Under the pieces are notes generated by a model, which searched no databases, was not told the origin of the DNA, and worked only from the letters and a program-made list of their open reading frames with translations. Shown here one piece after another: positions 22,763-64,000 of a DNA stretch of 64,000 nucleotides. Within the stretch, counting starts at the first letter, position 1, and each line of letters starts with the position of its first letter. Origin of the DNA: Eutreptiella sp. 'Long Island Sound 2002'. Its lineage: Eukaryota; Protista; Euglenida. The position numbers were made by a program, and so were the translations under genes. Location of the stretch: the NCBI GenBank assembly GCA_964036045.1, contig OZ038378.1, positions 6,634,001 through 6,698,000 on the forward strand. The letters are read 5' to 3'.

Positions 22763-24195
22763 CCGGGGAAGCTCCATTAGTTAGTGGCTGGGCATGTGAT
22801 TCTTTCGAGCATCCAGTACCACGTCACATTCGAAAGGGCAACATGCGGTTTGCTCTCTCAAGTGGCCTTTTCACATAGACTGCGCAGCGTTGGTGTCTCC
22901 AAACCAGCAGTGCGGCACACAAGCAACGGTGTGGTGCAAGCAACGCCCAGGTGCTCCATTGCTTGCATCTTGGCTGTTGCTGTGACACTTTGCCGTGGGG
23001 GTGGCCGTGGGCAGCCATGAACTCCCCAATGTATATTTCTGCCTCCCTGAGGCTCTGCTCATTTGCATCGCTCTTCTTTGTCTGCAACCTGAAAACTCAA
23101 TGTGCTTGCCTTCACAGCCATGGGTTTCAGGTGATGGCAAAACCCCACAGCGTTGATTCACGTGGCAATCGAAGCCCCAGGGCAGTCGGAAAAGACATGG
23201 TTCGATACTGTGGGAGCACACAAAGAGTCGACCAGCGATTGTATATTAGACACGGCCCTGCAATTCAACTGGCAATTCAAGTTTCTTCCGAAACCGGCCA
23301 AGTTCTTTGCGTACCAAACCGCAAAACCAACCACAACAGCAAAACACAACGCCAAGTTCTGTGATGTGCATGCTATGGGCCCAGGAAGGAGCCATGCAGC
23401 TCGAGCGCGTGCCAGTGCCTACGCATTCTGAGCTGGCCTTCCCATCCAACTGGATTGTATTCTATACTGCCAAATGCTTGCCTTGTCAATACTCTGTTGC
23501 CTTAGACCAGAAGAATCTCTCACTATATATGCAGTAGGCAGCTGTGGGGTATAAGCAGTGTCTGCTTCCTACTTCGGCTACACCCGCTCCTTCTGTTGGG
23601 TTGCCCATGTGCCTCTCTGTACAGGCTTCTGAAGCGAGCATTCCGATTGCGCACTGTGTGTGGGTGCGCCTGGACGCGATAAAGTGCGCTGACACAATTT
23701 GATGCAAGGATTATCTGGTTTGCTACATGAAGCCCAGTTGCAGACGTCATACCCTGTGTAGCATACAGCACGACTGTAGGTGATTATCGTCACCTCCAAG
23801 TCTAGCCTGGGAATGCTTGGTGGGTGGTTGCTGTCAGCATGGGTTGCCATTGGGTTTGCATGCTTCGGTGCAGCTGCAGGCCGAGTTCCTTTCATGAGTG
23901 CCAAGTTGATCCTCTTGCTGTTGCAACATTTCGTCTCAATTTGTGCTGATATTGCTTTGTCCCTGCACGATTGAGGTGAGAGTACCTGTCCCATGTCCAA
24001 CAATGCAGTGGCCATGCTTGTTCATTCTGCCATCTCGTGCCCCCTGGTATGGCATTGAACCCCCCACCCCACCCTGTCCGAGGCCAAAGTGCTCGCATTA
24101 CGTTGTATGCACCCCCTGGACGGCACCTTTTCAGGGAACCCCTTGCCCAATCGTCCATATATTTATCCCATTTTCTGCTAACACTCCCCATACAT

Positions 24196-24258
<63 letters not shown>

Positions 24259-24714
24259 AACACACACCAACTGGGATATGGACGCGCTGGAAAGCGGAGT
24301 CTGTGAATGGGATGTGCACAAAATGCGACATGCCCCCCGCTCCGCCGTCCAGCATGTGCCCTTATCAGGTACAATAAGAGTGCATGTCACATTAAACTAG
24401 TTTGAGTTTTTGGGTTTCATTGGTGGGCAGAGTGTGCTGGAACCCTGATAGCAATTGGTTTTTCATGGGCAAGCACCTAGATTTTGTTGACGGCAGGGTT
24501 TATGCCCAGAAGACATCAATTTTGCAGCTGGTGGCCAGGTGGATTTGGCTGGGGAGGTCTTTTTAGGAGGCATGGCATTGAAATAAAGAGGACCTTAAAC
24601 CAATGCACAGGTCTGAAACATGGAGCTGATCCAACAAATTCCAGGGTGGGGTCTTACGAGAAGAAAAATGTAAAAATCGTAAAATTCCATAATTCTGAGG
24701 AATTCATCGAGCTT

Positions 24715-24855
24715 GCATTGGACCCTGAGAAATGGCACTGAATGCAGGCGTACCTGCGCCTCCTCCCCGCTCTTATCCAAGCAACGCCTTGCGCAAGCGA
24801 CACCAGTTGGTGGGCCCACCAAATTTGGACCGAGGGAGTTTTGTGGTTCTGACTC
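24715..24855. repeat. ~135-bp dispersed repeat, copy 2
   Basis: Matches 22623-22762. Confidence 0.85.
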
Positions 24856-25577
24856 TTGGGGAAGTGCCAGATGGGTATATCACAATGATTCCCCAATACA
24901 GTTTGTCTGTGTGTAGACATATTGATTTTCGTTGGATTGTCCTCTTTGGTGTCAGGTGGTGCTGAATTCAAGTTGGTCATGGTTACACAGGCCTTGAGAC
25001 CAAACGGACCGCTGAGACCTGCACCAAATCTGCTTGCGGAGGCAAGAAAAATAGAAAAAAGAAATGGAGCCCTCAAGATAACCTCCTTGAGAAGAGATGG
25101 CCTCGCACATCTTTCAGCTCTCTACTGGGAGGTGCTGGAGGAGACGTGGGGGGGGAACACTGGTGGGTCCTCCCGCTTCCTTCTTGGTGATTTTAAGGCA
25201 GGCTAAGAACCGCGTGTACATGGGTGGCTGCCTACTCCATGAGATCTGTTAGGTGTGACTCAATATGGAGGCTTGTGTGCGGGCTTTGTCCAAGCAGGAG
25301 TTGTTGCACCGCGCGTGCACCGTGTCCGCATTGTGGCGCCTATTAGTGGTCAAACACCATCCCAAGATGTACCCACCCAAACAGCCCATAGAACCCCAGA
25401 AAACCTGGCAGATGGTAAACAGGATGTGGCCCCTTAGCTTTTATGACATGAAATGGCAACATGAAAGAATGAAAAACAACAAGAAGTCAGTGCCTATACC
25501 ACCTTATGTTTACACAGCATACCTACAGCACATGGGCACAGCAACACGTGGTGAACGCCTCCCTAGCAGGTGCTATA

Positions 25578-26344
25578 GGGGGGTGTTGCCTGAACCGTGC
25601 GCGCACCGTGCGTCCTTTTGCGTATTCTGTGTCCACCAGATCCACAATGCCTGAATCTGAGCTGCCCTAGCTTGTCGCCGGACTGCCTGTGTACTACCAC
25701 CGCTCCAACGGGGATAGGGTGTCGGCCACTGTCGTTGACCCTTCTCCAAGAGGTGGGAGTCTTCGGTACGAATTGGGTGGTGAAGAGGTCTTGTACGAGC
25801 ATGCACCCGAGGAGCGGTTGGAGTTTGCAATTGTGACTGCTGAGAGCCCCGATTCCCCCCAACCTATGCACCATGAGGCGCCGATGGACGCTTTGCTGGA
25901 GCCCCAATTACCTGAAGTGGAAGCTGAAGCCCCTAGAATTGATGATCATGAGCCAGAATGCTGTGGCGGATGAAATTGAAATTCCCGTAACCCAACCAGT
26001 GTTGTCGCTTGTGTTGTCGCCTGTGCATGGTTTGTTACGGAGGTGCGTGCAAGGTGCAGAAATTGGGAGCCTGGAACCTGTGACAAGCATCAGATTCAAA
26101 AAAAAAAAATTCCCGGTACGCCAATAGGGGCTGCAGGGTGCAGAAAATAGGACCCTGGAACCTGTGACAAGCATCAGACTAAAAATTGAAGAATCCTGGT
26201 ATGCCAGTATGGACTGCAAGGTGCAGAAATCAGGACCCTGGGTGTGTTTCTATGGGGGCCATTCAACGGGGTACAAGTTGGGCAACCATCCCAAAAACAT
26301 TGAACCGTGCGCGCACCGTGCACGCACCGTGCGACAACGCCCCC
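25578..26344. mobile_element. Possible TA-flanked non-autonomous DNA element with imperfect short TIRs and three ~84-bp internal repeats
   Basis: ta|ggggggtgttgcc ... gacaacgccccc|ta; gaaccgtgcgcgcaccgtgc near both ends; gca(a/g)ggtgcagaaa repeated at ~26048, ~26133 and ~26217. Confidence 0.3.
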
Positions 26345-27337
26345 TAGGTTCCTGTGGGTCCCCAGATACACCCAAAGTTTGCACTGCGTGTGCATTGTGG
26401 CAAGAGTGCCCCCCTAGTGCCGGTCCTGAGCAAGGTGCTCCAGGATTGGTACTAGCATGCGAGGGTTAGGGGTTTGGCTGTCCAATAGCGCCTAGATTCC
26501 ACCACTGCAGGAGCGACAACAAATAGCTTCCCCCACCTTGTCCTTCCCCCACCCCTTGTCCTTCCCGGGTGGGGGGGGGTCACTTAGTCAACTCTCTACC
26601 CCACCCTGCCCAATCAGAGGCTTTATTCTCAACCTAGGCAGAGCAACCAGCATGTGTGCACCACCGCCCGAAGCAATCTTTGCAGAGCACACACCATGCC
26701 TTTTTGAAGCATTCCATTGGAAAGTGGTGAGCATGTTCAGGAGTTCAAGGTCAAGTGGAGCACAACTAAGAAATTTTACACCGAGCCGGTGAAGGAGTAG
26801 GTCTTAGTACATTGGCAGCCCTTTGAATGCATCTTATGCTGTATTCTTTCGTTTTGTAGTGCAATTTCTGTGCGTGAAAATGTGCATTTACGGTGGTAGT
26901 ACGGTTCCCCAAGGGGGTCAAGGGGCGTCACTTGACAACCCTCCCCAGGGGGTGGCGGGGGACCGTCTTCCCTGGGGTCGGGCAGGACAGGGGGGGGGGG
27001 GTGTACCGTGATCTAGCCACTACTGCACACCGCACATTTTGGCCATGATGCTACGGATGGAACTGTCTATGCCCTTGCAGGTGGCAGCCAATTTTCGTTT
27101 GAGAGAGGCCAGAGTTGACGTTTCCTCACCTTGGGGTGCATGTGCAATGGATACAACGTTAGAAACAATTTCTGTTGGGGATAGGGACCCAAAGAGCTCC
27201 CTGAAATGTTTTGAGGGCGGGTCTAAAGGGGGGGCTCTTTGGCCTGCCTTGTGGGGGAACGTTAGCGCGCCGGGCATCTTTTTGGACCCGTGCCCCACCG
27301 GTGACCTTTTAGGGGGTGCGCTAAGGGGGCGCACTTA

Positions 27338-27555
27338 GGACAATCTTTGAATCCACGCTTCGTTGCGTGGTGCATCATGGTGACCCCCGGCATAGGTTTT
27401 GACTTCCGATTTTGTTCCCTTTGTTGGGGACCCCCGAGAATGCAGGGGTGATGTAGCATTTCCGCCCTCTTTTGGGCCCCAACCGTCCGGTGCTATTGAG
27501 GAAACCGGGACAATCTTTGAATCCACGCTTTGTTGCGTGGTGCATCATGGTGACC
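27338..27555. repeat. 48-bp direct repeat pair (27338-27385 and 27508-27555)
   Basis: ggacaatctttgaatccacgctt(c/t)gttgcgtggtgcatcatggtgacc, one mismatch. Confidence 0.85.
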
Positions 27556-29319
27556 ATCGACGCCCTCTCCTTGTGATGAGTGTAAGGAGCACTATTGTAA
27601 TGAATGTATTGACACCCACACTTGTGGGACCAATGTTGTTTGTTAATTACACTACAAATGACAGTTGGAGTGGTTGAAGTCACAGATATTGCTTTATTTT
27701 GCCACGTGCTTTGTAGGGAAGGTGTGCAGTGCAATGTGGTCTACTTGGGGGGCTTCTCCGTGGGAGGGTAAATCTGGGGCTGAAGTCGGGATAGTTAATA
27801 CAAAAGTAGCGCGCCGGGCGCGCGCCGGGCAAACATTCCCCCTGTGTAAAGGTCCTCTTCTGTGCGCAGTGCATCACACAGGGGATGGAAGAATTTACAG
27901 AATTTACCAGTGTACAAAAGTGTATGGTTAATTTGCACAGAGTTGGGAAAATTTGCACGGCTTCCAGATGACTATTGTTAAATCTTGGAGGGTTCTGGAT
28001 GAATACTAATAATTCTTGGTGTGCTTTCAGTGAACAATCTTAATTTTTGCATCGTTTTGGATGACTGCTGTGTTCCTAGGGGCTTTGGATGACCGCTGCT
28101 AATTCCTGGAGAGATTTGGCTACACGTTGTTAACTACTAGGGAGGGTTGTGGGTGTCTGTTGTTGATCTCGCGAGGGCTGCCACCAAGAGGAAAGAACCC
28201 CCGTGCGTGCGTACAAGAGTGCAGGAATGCCAACTGCAGTCCCCGTAGAGTGCAGAATCATGCCCCAGTGTGTAGGAAATCCTCGAGAGTGTAAGAATAC
28301 CCCCCGTATGCAGCAATATTTTTCTGCACTACAGGTATACCCCAAGAATACCCCTTCCAATGCAGGACCCCCCCCCCCCCGACAGAGCAGGAAAACCCCC
28401 CAAACTGCAGCAATATCTGCCTACTTTACGCATTATTGTCCTTCAACTGTAGTACATTAGTTAATTAGGATCACTTGTCATGGGTATTGGTCCACCATAT
28501 AATGGACGGAATTCTCTAAAGCTATTGTAGGGTTGTACGCCTAACCGAAGAGGAGTGAGGGGACCACAGATGACTGTCCATTTGTTGAAAACCTAATACA
28601 ATCTACATACCAACCAACCAACCAACATACATCTGGCTTTGCGCAACCATCTCAGCGACTGTGACAGACGGTAAATTGGGTAGTGTATTTCATGTTTGTC
28701 TTGGGCTTTATTTTTTAAGAAATAGATTTGTGCATTTTGCCGTCAAACGGGCAGAAGGGGGACCCCGAAGGGTGGGCAGTTTGCGTGGCCTAAGAAAATT
28801 TGGTGTCTCACTCTCATTTGGGTTGGACAAAGCCGTAACCGCACGAGCCTGTGGTGGACACTAGACCAAGACTTGGGAATGTCTATTGCATGCTGCAATG
28901 CTACCCCCTGGGGTATGTGCGTCTTCATTATTTGACATCTCTGTGCATGCTGCAAACAGAGGAGGGGTCATCACATTGTAGGGTATGAGATCCACCTGGG
29001 AGTACCTGACACCAGCATTCCCATGCGGAATGCACGGATTTCCCCCACTCCCTGACAGCGATTGATTTCTCTATATTTTCAGAATCTTTTAAGATTTTTG
29101 GGTGGCTGTCCACGGCGCGGTGAGTGATGAAGCCAGCAATGCCCCCGATTTGTGCTCTGCTGCTGGGAAGGACAGAGCCCAGATGGGGGGAAATGTCAAC
29201 ATGTGGCTGCAGTGCACATGTGCTGCAATGACGGAAGAATGCACAAGGTAGCCACTACCAAAAATGCATTATCACTGCACATACACTGCCGCTGTTTTAG
29301 AGTCTGTCTCATCTCTAAT

Positions 29320-29343
29320 TATATCTTGTTATATATCCTGCAG
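29320..29343 (+). promoter_or_regulatory. Candidate spliced-leader trans-splice (or upstream cis) acceptor of the ABC-F gene
   Basis: T-rich tract + cctgcag ending 8 nt before ATG 29352. Euglenid mRNAs are SL trans-spliced (established knowledge); use of this site is inferred. Confidence 0.35.
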
Positions 29344-29351
29344 CTTGGGCC

Positions 29352-59968
<30,617 letters not shown>

Positions 59969-62900
59969 GTGCGAAGGCGCCCTCAGGACGTGAGGATTGA
60001 TGTTGTTGTGTTGCAGGAGGCGATGGGGGAAGGTGTTGCCTTTGACGGGCCCTTGATGATTGCCGGGCAGTAATGTCAGAGCGTGGCTCGCACGTCACTG
60101 GGCGGTACATCTGCGGTGCGGTGCACGCACAGTACCGGGGACTGCGGTGGAGTGTACTGCTTGTTGCGCAGCCATTGGCAGGGAGACGGATGCGAGAGCA
60201 TGGGATCTGCTGTTCGCCTGGATTCAAAAGCAAACCGAATCTCGCCTGCAGTTACACACTGAGTGTCGCATGCAGGTGCCCTGCCCCCCCTCCCCCCATT
60301 TCTTGTTCACGGACCCGACATGTTCACGAAGTGCCAGGGCTCCGTCTGCCCCGGCACCTCCCGGGACCACCAGCCGTCGTGGGGCCACCACCCCAGCGAG
60401 AACACGGTGCGGAGCACACGCCCCGCCGGCCCCGTGGGCGGCGGTTGGCCACCGTGTTCCCAGATCGCCTGGACGAACACTTGGGTCGTGCCGGGCCGCC
60501 CGGCCACGTGCGCCAGCCAGAGCACCCGCTCATATCGCGTGTGCATGACCGGGGAGATGCGGTGCCCCGACATGACGGCCATCGGCATTCACGCGTGTGC
60601 ACTGCAGTCCCCTTTCACTTCTCCTTTCGCCTGCTCCTTTTTGGCGCAGGAATCCTGTTGTGTCCCTACAGCGCTCTGAGACAGTGCAGAAGGGCTGCAT
60701 GATCCATTCGACATGGAAAAATGACACCCACCCCCCTCCCACCCTCCTCAACTTTTTTGTTTCGGCTTTGCACGCCAACAGAGTAAGCACCAACATGGAC
60801 CCGGTCCCAGGCAACCCACCCCGGCCCTCCAACGGCAACACAGTGATTCCACTTGGTGAACCTCTTTTCTCAGGATGCAAGAGGATGAGGGCCAATAGTG
60901 GGGAGTGTATGCTGAAGCGCCGTCTCTGTCTCTGTGAGTTGGTTTATCCAACAAGTGAATAAATACAGAACACAAGACAATGCCCTCATTCCAGAAATAT
61001 GGTGCGCAGTGCACGCCCTGCAGGGCAAGTCCCAGTGGCATTGGTATCTGGGGTTGTTAAGGGGTGACAGTGTCCCCAGGAATTACTACGGTCATATTCC
61101 CAGCTAAATGCTTCGCTAAGGTGTTGGTATGCCAATTGAAGGCGAGCATCAAGGAGCAGCTGCATTCATGCCTTGACAAGGCCCCGTTCCTTGAAACTCT
61201 TTGTTGTTTACTTTCAGAACTGATGTGGCGCCATGGGCCATTTGCATTGGACTTCACAGTGTGTTTTGTGATGGCGTCAGCTTGGAGGTACAAGAGATGG
61301 ACACACGCAACAAAGCAATGCAGCTTGTGTTTTGCTCATCTGGCTGTTCTGTTCGTCTGTCAATACTCCTACAATGTTTCCTCATTGACCACCACCTCCT
61401 CCAGGTGGTGGCACCCACCTGGTACAATGTTGAATCAAGGGACTGTTGGCGAGTACTAGTGGATTGATGCTGTGTTGAGATTCATCAGACATCCAGTAGA
61501 TTTTCATTATTATGGTATTGCAGACTGCACTGTTGGTACTGTGGAAATTTTACGTGGTAATACATTTTGTGTATCTACGGGCCTTGTTGGGTCATACGCA
61601 CCAGTGATTCTGGGTGCTCTCTGGATGGTTCCAATTTGGTGCAGGGGGGCTTGGAATGCATTTGGCAACTTGCACTTTTGAGCATTTGAACATTGTTGTT
61701 GCGAACAAGATTTGTTGAAGGTCGATGAGGCTGGCAACTCTTCACACCTCCCATTAGTTAGGATGTGTTCAGCAGGTGAAGTCGTTGGTGGAAGTCCAGA
61801 GGGTTTGTGGTGTCCCTGCGCGATTGCTCTCTGGAGCATGCCGTTAAGGCTCAAACCAGGGGTGGGACTGGCCTGTTATCATTCACTGCAGTGGTTAAAT
61901 TCAATTGCAGCAACATCTTTGCAGTCCCTGCCTGACGGTGCGCAATTTTTGCCAGGCTAACAGTAGATATTCTACAAAAACTCTGAGGTCAAATTTCAAG
62001 AAGGCCATGCATTCTGCCATTACAGATGTTTTTGGGCTGGAATGACTCAGCCAGCACATGGTTTTGCTTTGTTTGACAATTTGATTTGTAGATTTGCACA
62101 GGTTAAAGGGCAATCCATCATTGACCAGCGTGTGGCTTCAAAACTGGAGCATTGCTGTGGCATTGCAGTGTGACGAGGAGATTTTGTGGTGTCAAAGAGG
62201 CCAAGAATTGTTTATCACCCAGGCACCTCTCAACTTTTGAGTGATCCACATCATCTGTGAATCTGCAAGATTTGGATAAATCAGCATTTGTCCACACAAT
62301 CTGCATGGTCACCAGACAGCTTGAGTGGGTGTTCTTTATGTCGAGGTTATGCAGGCATTGTGTCTGTATTGTTTACTTAACTTTGCACAATCAAACAGCC
62401 ACCCATGCCAGGGCACATTTCTATGGGCACAGGACCTTGTGTCCATCTGCAAGAATGAGTGTTTTTGGGTACAGCAAGACTTGTCTTACGTGTTTTGGCT
62501 TGGGTCACAGTCTGATCAAGGGTGACCTGAGTGTTTTTGGGTACAGGAAGATTATTCCTACGTGCTTTCTTAGGCGGCCGAAAGTGGTACAATTTTTTCC
62601 AACAGGCGAGACAAAAATGCCAAGAAAAATATAGTAGGTAAAATGGTCCAATTACCCTATTTTTCTTGTCACAAAATTTTTAGATTTGTAAGTAAGTGAA
62701 AAAACCTTTATTTACGATCATGAAAGGGCAAGAATACCAGGGTTCGCAATCAAAAATGAAAATTATAGGTGATTTGGCCTAAATACCCTGTTTTTTGAAT
62801 GTGAGGTTTTGCTATGTGGCTTGAAAACAGTCCAAATATGCTATTGTTTCTGTGCGGTCATTGTGAAGGTCGGGGTAAATGTTTGTGTTTTTGGTAGTAG

Positions 62901-64000
62901 GTAAATTGGTTTAAATACCCACTTTGGAACGCGGGTTCACAATCCAAATCAAAATGTACGTAGTATGTATACAACAAATATCAAAATGTATCCTGGTTTG
63001 TGTTTTGTACTGCCAGGCTCAGTAAGAAAAAGTCACTGCCATGTCTTTCTTGGAGGGCTTGATCCAGGCCAAGCCCCTTTAAAACCCTTTTGTTGATGCT
63101 AAGACTAACTTAAGTATTTTTATCTCTCTTTTGAAGCCTAAAGTACACTTTCTCAAAGTAACTAGGGTTGTAACCCTAGTCCCCCATGAAGTTCACCCCT
63201 ACCACTCAACTGAGCGGAGGTATCTTCCTTCATGGAGGATATACCGAAATAAAATAGGCATTTCATGCTTTAGGCCTTGGAGGTTAAGCCTAGTGGTCTC
63301 CCACCCCAAGACCCCTATACTCAATTGTTTCTACCACTTATTGTGGTTCTACTTTTTAACTGAATCTGAATTCAGTTGCTTGGCCAAGTCATTTTCTGTG
63401 TTGGCCTGACACCTATGCCCCGCATTCCTAACCAGCACCATTTCACCCAAAAGAGTGCACATGAAGTGCCTGATGCTATCTTGGAGGCTTGAGTCAGTCC
63501 AGTTTTCATATAAAATCTTTTGTATTATCCATTTGTGATTGAATCTTTGTGTTTATACCTACTTTGTCTATCTGCAGCCCTTCTGTGTTACACTGGATTT
63601 CAAACTATTCATTGATTCGATCCACATCCTGTTCTTGCTCTACTTGCTGCTTTGGTTTTGGGATTTCACCATCAAAAACCTGCAGGATTTCATCAAAATC
63701 TATAGGGCACTAATCCAGGACATCTTTCCGGTAGCAGAGGCAAACCCTGAGAACCTTTCGAACCGACTCTGAGCAGAAGCACAAGAAAAACACACTGAAC
63801 ATGTCCTACAGAACCTGGCCGATTAGAAGTGTACAAGTCCAACTATCTCACCCAGTGAGTGAACCGCCACTCAGAGCAGCATCTGGGTCTCAGGAAGATC
63901 CAGAGCACAGAAGGGCGTAACTAAATACGCCAAGAACAATCCCATGAACCATGGAAACCTTAGCGGCCCATGGTGAAGACAGCCTGCAAAGGCTCCGCAG

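Noticed and set aside
61057-61854. Transposase remnant (TLAKHL BED-finger-like, CSLC)
   Set aside because: Only isolated short motifs in different frames and strands; not supportable without a search.

Overview
Eukaryotic nuclear DNA, most likely from a photosynthetic euglenid (inferred from two Euglena-type class I plastid presequences; the species cannot be identified from sequence alone). Two + strand genes were reconstructed by hand, and all junctions are GT-AG and phase-consistent. The first is plastid ClpC (8 exons, <2..21540, start codon upstream of the window). The second is a plastid-targeted Uup-like ABC-F ATPase (12 exons, 29352..59968, 854 aa). The most notable feature sits in clpC intron 6: a ~7 kb Penelope-like retroelement (10149..17137) beside (GT)n tracts. 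It has apparently identical 418-bp pseudo-LTRs and the permuted N-terminal GIY-YIG endonuclease + RT order of the Naiad/Chlamys clade. Unusually for PLEs, it also carries an upstream gag/ORF1-like zinc-knuckle frame linked by TAG-ATG and ATGA stop-start junctions. The ABC-F introns contain very long (CA)n tracts, hAT- and Tc1-type MITEs, a decayed LINE endonuclease and a short repeat family with pentamer tails. They also contain two composite non-coding elements (short hairpin array + ~95-bp array + densely folded module), one with a predicted kissing-loop RNA structure. All alignments and folds were done by eye; no searches or folding software were run.
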